Source: the human T2T-CHM13v2.0 reference genome, Homo sapiens. Taken from it: DNA of 64,000 nucleotides. Position 1 is the stretch's first letter. Each line of letters opens with the position of its first letter. The stretch lies in the NCBI RefSeq assembly GCF_009914755.1, contig NC_060925.1, one strand, 5' to 3'. Both the position numbers and the translations under genes were made by a program. This document shows positions 53,008 to 64,000 of this stretch, piece after piece. The notes below the pieces were generated by a model. That model did not search any database. It saw only the letters and a program-made list of their open reading frames with translations, and was not told where the DNA came from.

Positions 53008-55756
53008 TGTCAGGCCTCTGAGCCCAAGCCAAGCCATCGCATCCCCTGCGACTTGCACGTATACCCCCAGATGGCCTGAAGTAACTGAAGAATCACAAAA
53101 GAAGTGAATATGCCTTGCCCCACCTTAACTGATGACATTCCACCACAAAAGAAGTGTAAATGGCCGGTCCTTGCCTTAACTGATGACATTACCTTGTGAA
53201 AGTCCTTTTCCTGGCTCATCCTGGCTCAAAAAGCACCCCCACTGAGCACCTTGCAACCCCCACTCCTGCCCACTGAGCACCTTGCGACCCGCCACTCCTA
53301 CCCGCCAGAGAACAAACCCCCTTTCACTGTAATTTTCCTTTACCTACCCAAATCCTGTAAAACGGCCCCACCCTTATCTCCCTTCGCTGACTCTCTCTTC
53401 GAACTCAGCCTGCCTGCACCCAGGTGAAATAAACAGCCATGTTGCTCACACAAAGCCTGTTTGGTGGTCTCTTCACAAACCCCTTCTTCACCCTTAGCGG
53501 CAAGTCCCGCTTTCCTGGGGCAGGGCAAGTACCCCTCAACCCCTTCTCCTTCACCCTTAGCGGCAAGTCCCGCTTTCCTAGGGGGCAAGAACCCCCCAAT
53601 CGCTTATTTCCGCACCCCAACCTCTTATCTCTGTGCTCCAATCCCTTATTTCCGCACCCTGACCTCTTATCTCTGTGCCCCAATCCCTTATTTCCGTGCC
53701 CCAACCCCTTCTCTGCTTTTCTGGAGGGCAAGAACCCCCCACCCCTTCTCCGTGTCTCTACTCTTTTCTCTGGGCTTGCCTCCTTCACTATGGGTATGTT
53801 TCCACCTTCCATTTCTCCTTCTTCTCCCTTGGCCTGTGTTCTCAAAAACTTAAAACCTCTTCAACTCACACCTGACCTAAAACCTAAATGCCTTATTTTC
53901 TTCTGCAATGCCACTTGACCCATCAAGCTCAGCAAATTACCTAGGCTGTACTGCCGCAAAGCTTCACAGTCAGCCCCCATTACTTCAATCAAGCCCAAAT
54001 TTCTTCCTCATCTGTTACCTATCTCGGCATAATTCTCATAAAAACACACGTGCTCTCCCTGCCAATCGTGTCCGACTGATCTCTCAAACCCAAGCACCTT
54101 CTACAAAACAACTCCTTTCCTTCCTAGGCATGGTTAGCGCAGTCAGAATTTTTACACAAGAGCCAAGACCACACCCTGTAGCCTTTCTGTCCAAACAACT
54201 TGACCTTACTGTTTTAGCCTAGCCCTCATGTCTGCGTGCAGTGGCTGCCGCTGCTTTAATACTTTTAGAGGCCCTCAAAATAAGTAGAGGCCTTTCCTAC
54301 AGGGTCTGAGAAGGCCACCGCAGTCATTTCTTCCGTTCTGTCAGACATAATTCCTCAGTTTAGCCTTCCCACCTCAATACAGTCTGATAACTGTATTTAT
54401 TAGTCAAATCAGCCAAGCAGTTTTTCAGGCTCTTAGTATTCAGTGAAACCTTTATATCCCTTATGGTCCTCCATCTTCAAGAAAAGTAGAATGGACTAAA
54501 GGTCTTTTAAAAACACATCTCACCAAACTCAGCCACCAACTTAAAAAGGACTGGACAATACTTTTACCACTTTCCCTTCTCAGAATTCAGGCCTGTCCTT
54601 GGAATGCTACAGGGTACAGCCCATTTAAGGTCCTGTATAGACGCTCCTTTTCATTAGGCCCCAGTCTCATTCCAGACACCAGACCAACTTAGACTGCGCC
54701 TCAAAAAAAAAAAAACAAACAAAAAAAAAAACTTGTCATTCCTACTATTTTCTGTCTAGTCATACTCCTATTCACCATTCTCAACTACTCATACATGCCC
54801 TGCTCTTGTTTACACTGCCAGTTTACACTGTTTTTCCAAGCCATCACAGCTGATATCTCCTGGTGCTATCCCCAAACTGCCACTCTTAACTCTTGAAGTA
54901 AATAAATAATCTTTGCCGGCAGGACTATGCCAAATCTCCTTAAGCACTCTCTAATCAGACATCCTGAGTCGTCCCAATTCTTAGACCTTTTATACCTGTT
55001 TTTCTCCTTCTGTTATTCCATTTAATTTTTCAATTCATACAAAACCGTATCCAGGCCATCACCAATCATTCTATATGACAAATGTTTCTTCTAACATCCC
55101 CACAATATCACCCCTTACCACAAGACCTCCCTTCAGCTTAATCTCTCCCACTCTAGGTTCCCACGCCGCCCCTAATCCCGCTTGAAGCAGCCCTGAGAAA
55201 CATCGCCCATTCTCTCTCCATACCACCCCCCAAAAATTTTCACCGCCCCAACACTTCAACACTATTTTGTTTTATTTTTCTTATTAATATAAGAAGGCAG
55301 GAATGTCAGGCCTCTGAGCCCAAGCCAAGCCATCACATCCCCTGTGACTTACAGGTATACGCCCAGATGGCCTGAAGTAACTGAAGAATCACAAAAGAAG
55401 TGAATATGCCCTGCCCCACCTTAACTGATGACATTCCACCACAAAAGAAGTGTAAATGGCCAGTCCTTGCCTTAACTGATGACGTTACCTTGTGAAAGTC
55501 CTTTTCCTGGCTCATCCTGGCTCAAAAAGCACCCCCACTGAGCACCTTGTGGCCCCTACTCCTACCCGCCAGAGAACAAACCCCCTTTGACTGTAATTTT
55601 CCTTTACCTACCCAAATCCTATAAAACGGCCCCACCCTTATCTCCCTTCGCTGACTCTCTTTTCGGACTCAGCCCGCCTGCACCCAGGTGAAATAAACAG
55701 CCATGTTGCTCACACAAAGCCTGTTTGGTGGTCTCTTCACATGGACGCGCATGAAA
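53008..55756 (+). mobile_element. Internally deleted HERV-H provirus (5' LTR7 53008-~53477, 3' LTR7 55304-55756)
   Basis: Both LTRs begin TGTCAGGCCTCTGAGCCCAAG; PPT AAGAAGGCAGGAA 55291-55303; 5-bp TSD ACCAT (53003-07 / 55757-61); pol remnant LLSFLGMV...PVAFLSKQLD. Confidence 0.96.
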
Positions 55757-57302
55757 ACCATAAGCATTTTCCAATTGTCCTTTAAAACCATTATTTTCCA
55801 TAACCACATAATATTGCAATAAGCTGACATAACATCGTTACCTAATGCTTCTCTACTCTTGGACATTCATTCATTCACTTATTCAACATGGAGCATTTAG
55901 AATTTTGTCAGTTTGTGGTAGGAGCTGGAAATGCAAAGACAGTGTTCCTCTTTCAAGATGCTCAAAGACAAGAAAAGAAATCATTTCAGTCCACAGCACT
56001 TGCCAAGAGGACATACATGTGCAAATGAAATGGGAGCCCCAGGGGGGCAGCGGCCCCTTCTGCTAGACACAGACATGCAGGAGCAGACTCAGTTCTCAGT
56101 GTTGGAATCAGGCAGGGCTTTTCTGATCGTTTGAGCAGAGGATTGCGCTGTTCAGGAGGCCCCAGTTTGAGTGTTTTATGCCCCTTATGCTTCTCTGTCC
56201 ATCCCAGAACTCATTCTCACCTTCCAGTTTGTCAAAATACTCTCTCATCTCCTTTCATCTCAGATACAAAAGACAGGCAACAACCTCAAATATAATCCCA
56301 GTTGTATTTGCATTTTAACGTGGTCTAGACTGAATAGATACAGCCCTGCCTGCCTCCATTGTCCAGTAAGGCAAACGGGGTGAGGTTTTGGCTCTCCTTG
56401 TGTCCTTATCGTTACTCTGCCTTAGACCATTGCCTCTTTGGCTTGCAAGTACATCTGACTTTTTCTAAGTCCTGAAAATCTGGCTGCTAGACCCTCACCT
56501 GGCACTGTGCCTGGAGAGAGCCATTTCCATTCCACAGATGGGGAAATCACCCTCTCTACTGGTCATTTCATGAACTGTTGCAGACTCATTGCTGAAATTT
56601 CACTGGATTGTGGTGAGGGGGTTGGGGGTGTTGAGGATAAGGGACCGGGATGTGCCAGTTCATTTCAGCCATATCATCAAACCTGTAGCAGTCACTTGCC
56701 CCAAACACACACACTCAGACACACACACGCACACCGAGACCTCCCACTGCCTGGATGGAAGGTCACATTGCATGGGGCAGTGGTGAAACATTAGCTATCA
56801 ATGACCTTTCTAGTGACGCATGAAGCCAAATCATGGGATGGTCTATGCGAGAACAGCCCAGTGACTCAGCCTAACTGGAGGTAGAAGTTGTCCAGGACCC
56901 CACTTCTGTGAAATGGGAGACAGCATGCTGTTTTTCACCAAAGGCTGCTCCTTTGTGGAATCCCTTGGGCGCCCTTGGGCTGTGCTGCTCCAGGCCCCAC
57001 CCAGTGGCCCAGTGAGGGGTTCCCTTCCACAGGAACCCCTCAGCCACACCCGCATGCTTTCTCCATTCCCAGTCCCTGGGGATGAACAAGCAAGAAATGG
57101 CGGCCCTGCACTCAAACAGCAGATGCACGTGGGGCAACAGGATTTGGACACGGTGTTAGCCTCGGAGCCAGGTTACTTGGGAATCTGTGAAAACAAGCTC
57201 TCCAAGTCGGGATAGATGCTCGCCTGTGCCTGGAAGAGTGAAAGCACCAATCCTCAGCATTTCTCCCCCATTGTATGCTTCTCAGGGAGAAAAGGACACG
57301 AC

Positions 57303-57312
57303 TTTCTCTCTT

Positions 57313-57372
<60 letters not shown>
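57303..57372. repeat. Compound (CT)n(CA)n microsatellite
   Basis: Direct reading. Confidence 0.95.
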
Positions 57373-57375
<3 letters not shown>

Positions 57376-58557
57376 TACTATGTATTTCTGCAACACTGGG
57401 GTAAATGGATGAGGTCTGTGAGTGGAGGCCCCAGCATGATCTCCAGTACCCCAGCTTCTGCCTCGCACCCCAGGGCCAAGGACTCGCTCCATGGCATCCC
57501 TTAACCCAGAGGTTCCCAAACTTGGAATCACCCGGAAGGCCTGTAGGAACACAGTAGGTCTGAGGCGGGACCCAAGACTTTGTATTCCTAACAAGGTCCC
57601 GAAGAACCCTGAGATCTTGCTGGAGCTGCTGTTTTGGGACTATACCCTGAAGGCATCGCCCTGCAGTAGCTGCCCCAGGCAGCCGAGAACAGCCACTGCC
57701 TCTCTCCACCGTGGCTCCCGGGCTGTCCCAGAAACACTCCCTCTGGCCTGACTGGAAAGATGACCCGGCTGTTCTTTTCTTTACGGAAGGCTTTTGTATT
57801 TCCCCCATGAAGAGGAACAATATAGAGATTCGGTTTCTCGGGCAGCCCGGCTGTTCCAAACCCGTGGGTGCATCTGTGACTGTGGTGGGGAAGGAACACA
57901 GATGGTGCTGCGAGGCCGTCTCCAGACTGTGGAAGCCACAAGCCACTGGCGTCTGCTTCTGTGGAGAAACAAACTTCAGCCACCCACGGGCGCCCCCGCA
58001 AGGGCCGGGCTGATTCCTCGAGAGTGGCTGGCGCTGGGCCTGCACAGCACTCTTCCCTACTCTACGCTTACCTTCCTCCCCTCCCCTATCCTCTGGGGCA
58101 ATTCAGAAACGGAAGACATGGTGGATGTGAGAAGGGAGTGGAGGATAGGGAAAGGCGGGTTGGAAAACCTGGCCTGGAGGTAATAAAAGTGACTTCCCAC
58201 CCAGTGAAGGCAGCACTGACACCCGCTCCATGCAGTCCCGGGATGGCCACCAAGTGAGGGAGCAGCAAAAAAGAGAAGACGCAGGGAAGGTGAGAAGAGG
58301 CTCTGCCCCGCAGACTGCACAGGAGATCCACCGCTTCCAACAGGGAGCATTCCTAGGTTTCAACCACAGCCCTCGTTCTTCTGAGAGAGCAGAGGCATGA
58401 AAGACAGACGTTCATTGTCTTAATTTTTTTTTTTTTTTTTTTTTTTGCTCCAGGAATTACCTAGAGATCCCCAGGACTGCCACGCTGGGCCAGACTCACA
58501 GGACACTACTTCCCTGAATTATTCGCTTCTAGAACTATGGATGATGGGTTCATCTAA

Positions 58558-58968
<411 letters not shown>

Positions 58969-60352
58969 TAAATTATTTCTTAAAATTGATTCTCTCCTTT
59001 GGATGTTCATCCCACAAGTTGATTATGGAATTGGTTCATTTATTCATTCAACACACATCTAACAGCACTTTGGGCCAGGGGTTGGGGTTGCAGAGCCAAG
59101 CAGGACCTCATGCTAGCTCTTTTAGCTTAGTGAGGACAGACATGTGGAGAACTTCAAAGGTGAGAAAGTGCTAAGGAGGGGCCACACGGCATGTGTGGCA
59201 CATTAGTGAGGACGGCTCTGCAGAGGGGTGGGTGTGCTGGGGAGGGAGTGACGGAGGAAATGGCATGGCGGAGCTGAAATTTGGGCCGAGTTTGATGGGG
59301 CACCCACCAGTCCCCCTAGTGAGAACTCCTCTAGTTTTCTATCTTTTACCACAGACAGGAGTTTCTGCCCTTAGCAAAAGCTGCAAGTGCAGGAGGACCT
59401 GACCTCCCCAGTCTTCCTTTCGATCTCAGGTTTTCTTCCTGCACTGTCTGAGCTGACTGTTCCCAAAGGACACTTGGCTGGTAAGTTTTATGCATTCCTG
59501 TCACTTCCTTATCCTCCAAAATAAGGTGGGCTCTTGAGAAATGGGAAAGATTCTCTGGAATTTGAATGGTTCACAAGAAGTCTCTTCTGGACAGGGGACC
59601 AGATCTCATAACGGTTCCTTTCCAAAACTCAAATTTAGTGTGCACAACAATAAACAGGAGTGCTTATAATTAAAAAAAAAAAAAAAAAAAAAGACACAGA
59701 TCGCTCAAGCTCACTCCCAAAAATGGATTCCTTAGACCCAGGATGGGGCCCTGGAATTTCATTTTTCACCAGCATCCCCATGTTCCTGCAATAATTGGGC
59801 AGTGGTCACCTTTTGAGGACTACTGACCCCTTAGAATAAAGCCCTCAAGCCTTCGAAGGCTGTGGCCACCTATTTGGAGGACCACCTGGGCTGTTGATGA
59901 GTAGGGAGTTTCCTCCTGCAAATAGTGCTCTAGGGGGCTTGGCAGATCTGACAAAGTCCCTGGCTTGGGAAGAAGCCCAGCTGGTGCATGGTGCAGGTCT
60001 GGGAAAGTGCTCATTGGTGGCTCTTCTGCAGAAGGGGTCCCAGGGGACATCATTCACTATGCCATCAGTAAGCAATGCTGGTCAGGCTCTTGGCTAGAGG
60101 GTTGCAGTCCTACTGTAGGAGGGGCTAAGCATATGCTCCATCTGTGGAGAGGATGACAGTTCCTGAAGGGCCTCATCTTCATCTGCATGATCTCATTTGA
60201 CCATTGCAACCACCCCATGAGGGAGGCAGGCTTTGAGCCACGTAACCAGTGGCAGCACCAAGAGATGTCTGGGAGGGGCTCAGTATTGCCCTGGTTCCCA
60301 GTCCCCAAGGCTCCCGAGCCATCTCTAGTTAGCCTATAATCTAAGCAAAAGA

Positions 60353-60612
60353 TAAGTCTACTGAGATATCTTGTTGGGCTATACCTAAACGTTTGAAATG
60401 TCTATTTTATACTGAGTTTGCCTAAATGTCAGCAATTTTATCATGACCTAGTATTCAATTATGAAAACAAATCATAAATAGAATAATATTGTTTGCATTT
60501 GATGTTCATACTATTTCTCTGAAGAACTGAAGACTCACCTGTACCAGATGTGTTGTTGTAAAAATAATAAACAATCTGTAATAAAAAGAAATGGCAAAGC
60601 CAAAAAAAAAAA
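60353..60612 (+). pseudogene. Short processed retrocopy (3'-end fragment of an unidentified polyadenylated RNA)
   Basis: AATAAA 60580-85, poly-A from 60602, 15-bp TSD AATCTAAGCAAAAGA (60338-52 / 60613-27). Confidence 0.75.
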
Positions 60613-62905
60613 AATCTAAGCAAAAGAGTGTGCCTGTGCTTTCAGGCCCTTTTCTAGCACCCTACTCCCCTTCTTTAGGGTACATTGGTGTTCATAAGTG
60701 CCTCCTATAAAGAAGCCTGGAGCCTCACTCAACCAATCATTTTGCAGAAAAGTAAACTCAGACCCAGGCTTACCAAAAGATGCATGGCTAGAAAAGAATG
60801 GAGTCGGAACGAGGGCCCCATTCTTGAGATTCCCAGGGGAGGCCTTTGCTGTCTCATTCGGCTTCCTTGGGAAAGAGAAGGTCAGATCAACCTTGAGCAG
60901 GGAGTGGCTGGCAGCAGCCTCAGCCTCAGGCAGGTGCCAGTCTATCCCCACAAAACAGAGGGATGTCTCCAAGAAGGAGTCCGCACTGATGACCAGCCTG
61001 AGGGCATCAGATGTAGGCTGCCTTCCACCTGGCATGGAACTGCTGCTGGCTCTTCTGCCTCCCAAGGCCTGAGACACGATTGCCTGGATTACTCCATGGA
61101 GCCGGGGCCTGTGCAGACCCTCAAGAGAGGTCTTTTGCAGCCAACCTGTTGGGCAGCTGCCCTGGTGCCCTCAAGGTGCCCCCCTTTCTGTGCCCACCTC
61201 ATCTTTGGGGCCTCACAGTGAGGATGTGGCCAGTGACAGGGGCTGGGGAAGATACACCAGGGTAGAGAGGTGGACACTCCGGGCTTCTGGTTATGATGAT
61301 GATGATAGCCAGACTGGTGATTCCCAAACTGGAGGGTCCTTGGGATCTTCTGGCAAGGCAAAAAGTCCAGCATGCCATATCCACCGACTCCTGAGTCAGA
61401 TACCCGGAAAGAACCTGAGGTTATCTATGTCAGGCTCTCTGATGACGATTTTGTGTTGAATAAAGTTTAAAGCACAGATCCATTCATGCTTTTTCATGTT
61501 TATTTTAATGACTGTTAGGTACTTTCAAGTCTGTGGCCGGAAATGTATCTTTAAAAAACCACCTTGCTTTTGAGTGATCTGTACTCTGAGGGTCTGTGGC
61601 CCACGTGGTGCACCCAGAAGAACAGTGGGGCATCCAAGGACCACCATCCCAGGCTCAGAGGGCTGGGCACTGGCATCTGGGGCTCATGGTGGCTGAGCTG
61701 CCGCATGCTGCTACAGGGGCCCCCATCCATCCTTCCTCTGGATGAGCCGGGCAGTGGCTTTGCTGCTCCTCCTCCCTCACATCCCAATCTCCACTCTGCA
61801 CCTCTAGCTTGGAGTTCTGTGCTCTCCCAGGGAAGAGGGGACTCTGCCTGCCTTGGTACCCCCTGAGGATGATGGTAGCATCTTAAAGCCTGGACCCTGT
61901 TGGGTTCATCGGTCCAACCACAGATGCCTCTTCCAGCCAGCTGTGCCTGGTCCCTATGAAATGTAAATGTAGGTGGGTTCACCCTTCTGGAAACAGACTT
62001 TGGGTCTGGCTCCGGGCTGGACTCTAATTCAAGTCTTAAAAACTGTCCAAGAGGCAGACCCAGGTAAGCCCCATGCTGGGCACTGTGGGATTCCCAGTGC
62101 CTTCTAGAATTTGCTTCCTAATCTACGTGTTGTCATTGCTGCCACCTCAACCCCAAGTTTGTCCCCAGAGCTGGAGGCTTGACTGTTGTTCACTTTATGG
62201 CCACTGGAGGACAGTAAGAAGCACTTTCCCATTTGCACCCTTCCCGTGGGCCCCATCCATTCCTACAGCAGAGACTGTCAGACCTGCGTGCACCCCAATC
62301 ATCTGAAAATCTTGTTCAAATGCTTTTGTCCTGTCCCTTACTTGCCGTGTGACTTGGGGCAGGTTACTGACTTTTCGGAGCTGAATTTCAGATTTAGCTG
62401 GTTTGGGGCTGAGAGTTTGCATTCCTAAGTTCCTTGGCGATATGGCTGCTGCGGATCAGGGAGATCATCAGAGGCTAAGATCCCCTGCAGTCTCCTGGGA
62501 GCCTGGCAGCCTGGGATTTTGCTCTCCTGGTCTCACAGGAAGCAGGTGGAAGTGGCCACGGCTCTCCTCCCTGGAAGGTTCCTCTACCACCTCCACCCTT
62601 CAACATCCCTTATTGCTAAATCCCTAGGGAACCTTGCCACCAGAGGCCTCCATGGCCAAACAATGAACCTTTCTCCAACCACAGGAGCTCAATAGAGGGT
62701 AGATGCCCTCGGAGAGAGAATAGGAAGAGGAGAAAAGTAACTGGAGAAGGCTGGAGAAGAAGGAGACAGGAGGAGTGAACCCTACACATGGATAGTGGTC
62801 CTAGAGCAAGTTGCAGACAGGACAGCCACCATGGGTCTGGGCGCCTGAGATGGGAGACAGTTTGGCCCACTAAGAAGATCCTGGAGGCCGAGTCCTAGAG
62901 GCCCC

Positions 62906-63230
62906 TGTCTTAGTCTGTTTGGACTGCTATGACAAAAATACCATAAACTGGGTGGCTTATAAACACTAGCCATTTATTTCTCGCAGTTCTGGAGACTGAG
63001 AAGTCCAAGATCAAGTTGCTGGCAGCTTTGGTGTCTGATGACAGCCCATTCCTCATAGTGGCTTCTTGCTGCCTCCTCACGTGGTAGAAGGGGTTAGCCA
63101 GCTCTCTGGGATCCCTTTTATAAGGGCACTAATCCCTCATGACCCCCTAAGAAACCCACCTCTCCCTACTTTCACATTGGGGGTTAGAGCTGAACATGTG
63201 AATTTTGGGGGAACATAAGATTCAGCCCTT
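62906..63230 (-). mobile_element. MLT1A-like MaLR LTR
   Basis: TGTCTTAGTC...CTGGGTGGCTTATAAAC...CAGTTCTGGAG...AAGTCCAAGATCAAG. Confidence 0.8.
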
Positions 63231-63249
63231 TCTGCACTTCCTCCTGGGT

Positions 63250-63585
63250 ACCTTTCCCAGGCGCCTGTGGCATACGACTGAGTTCTGGTTGGTGGGATGT
63301 GGGTGGAAGTGATGCCACTCCCTGGCCTGCAGAAGCCTTCCGTGTGACTCTGCACTCACTCCCTCATGTGGTGTGTCACTGGGATGTCAAAGCCCTGGGA
63401 TGCCTCGGGATTCATGCCTTGAAGATGATGGTACCTCGGCACCCTAAATGGTTGCATGGAGCCCAGCACCCCCTCCCCAGGCCCATCAGACTTTACATGA
63501 GAGAAGAGTGAACTCCTATTGAATGAAGCCACTGGGATTTCAGAGCCTACCTCTTACAGCATCTGCCATTACCTTAACCAACATA
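63250..63585 (+). mobile_element. Older MLT1-type LTR fragment
   Basis: GGAAGTGATG...GAAGCCACTGGGATTTCAG...TTACAGCA motifs. Confidence 0.55.
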
Positions 63586-64000
63586 TCCGCCCCATGCTCT
63601 GATGTGAAATGAGAAAGAGCAGATACCACCATACTTCATTAGCTTCATCACAAGTACATTTAACATCTTCTGCTCCAGGATAATAACAGTCACCACAAAC
63701 TGAGCATTGATCATGTGCCAGCCTTTGTTAGTAACTGCTTTGCCTGTATTAATTCAGGCAATTCTCTTCACAACAATCTAATGGTTAGTAAAAGGTGGTG
63801 CTATTACAATCCCTGTTTTGCAGATGCAAGCTGAGTTAGGTGGCTGGGTGCTGTTAGGTATTGTGCCCAAGGTCACACAGCGATAGTCTCTAGTAAGAGG
63901 CCATCTGTCTCTAGCCCTCACATGCTAAACTACACCATCTGCTCCCCAAAGACGCAAGGCCCAATCCTCAACTGTGAGGAGCTCGTGTTTCAATTGGGAA

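Noticed and set aside
53340-54222. HERV-H ORFs as coding genes
   Set aside because: Leader tandem repeats and a deleted pol fragment; no intact gag/pol/env
59620-59820. AATAAA plus A-run as a second retrocopy
   Set aside because: No TSD; surrounding sequence looks like a MER5-type element with an expanded A-tract

Overview
Primate (almost certainly human) genomic DNA covering the whole FLVCR1 (SLC49A1/MFSD7B) gene on the + strand. It has a CpG-island promoter at ~1.0-2.2 kb, ten GT-AG coding exons that splice to an intact 1668-nt CDS (555 aa, ATG 1432 to TGA 38309), and a ~4 kb repeat-laden 3' UTR ending near AATAAA 42344. The rest is interspersed repeats: ~45 Alus, L1 fragments, a decayed Tigger1 in intron 8, small DNA transposons and several solo LTRs. 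Downstream lie a solo LTR7 (- strand) and a heavily deleted HERV-H provirus (+ strand) set back to back. Nearly all short ORFs in the track are repeat-derived noise. I see no clearly new gene system. The most unusual sequence-level signals are: (1) a perfect 24-nt duplication of the exon 4 splice acceptor creating an upstream stop-introducing acceptor; (2) a cluster of templated/fold-back insertion scars in intron 3, including a 34-nt inverted copy taken from 2 kb away; (3) a change at the Tigger1 start codon that creates an acceptor in frame with exon 8; (4) the divergent LTR7 pair, with a TATA-mutated, PBS-less 5' LTR; (5) a 260-nt orphan polyadenylated retrocopy with a 15-bp TSD. Repeat family names come from memory of consensus sequences, and boundaries are approximate unless a TSD is quoted.
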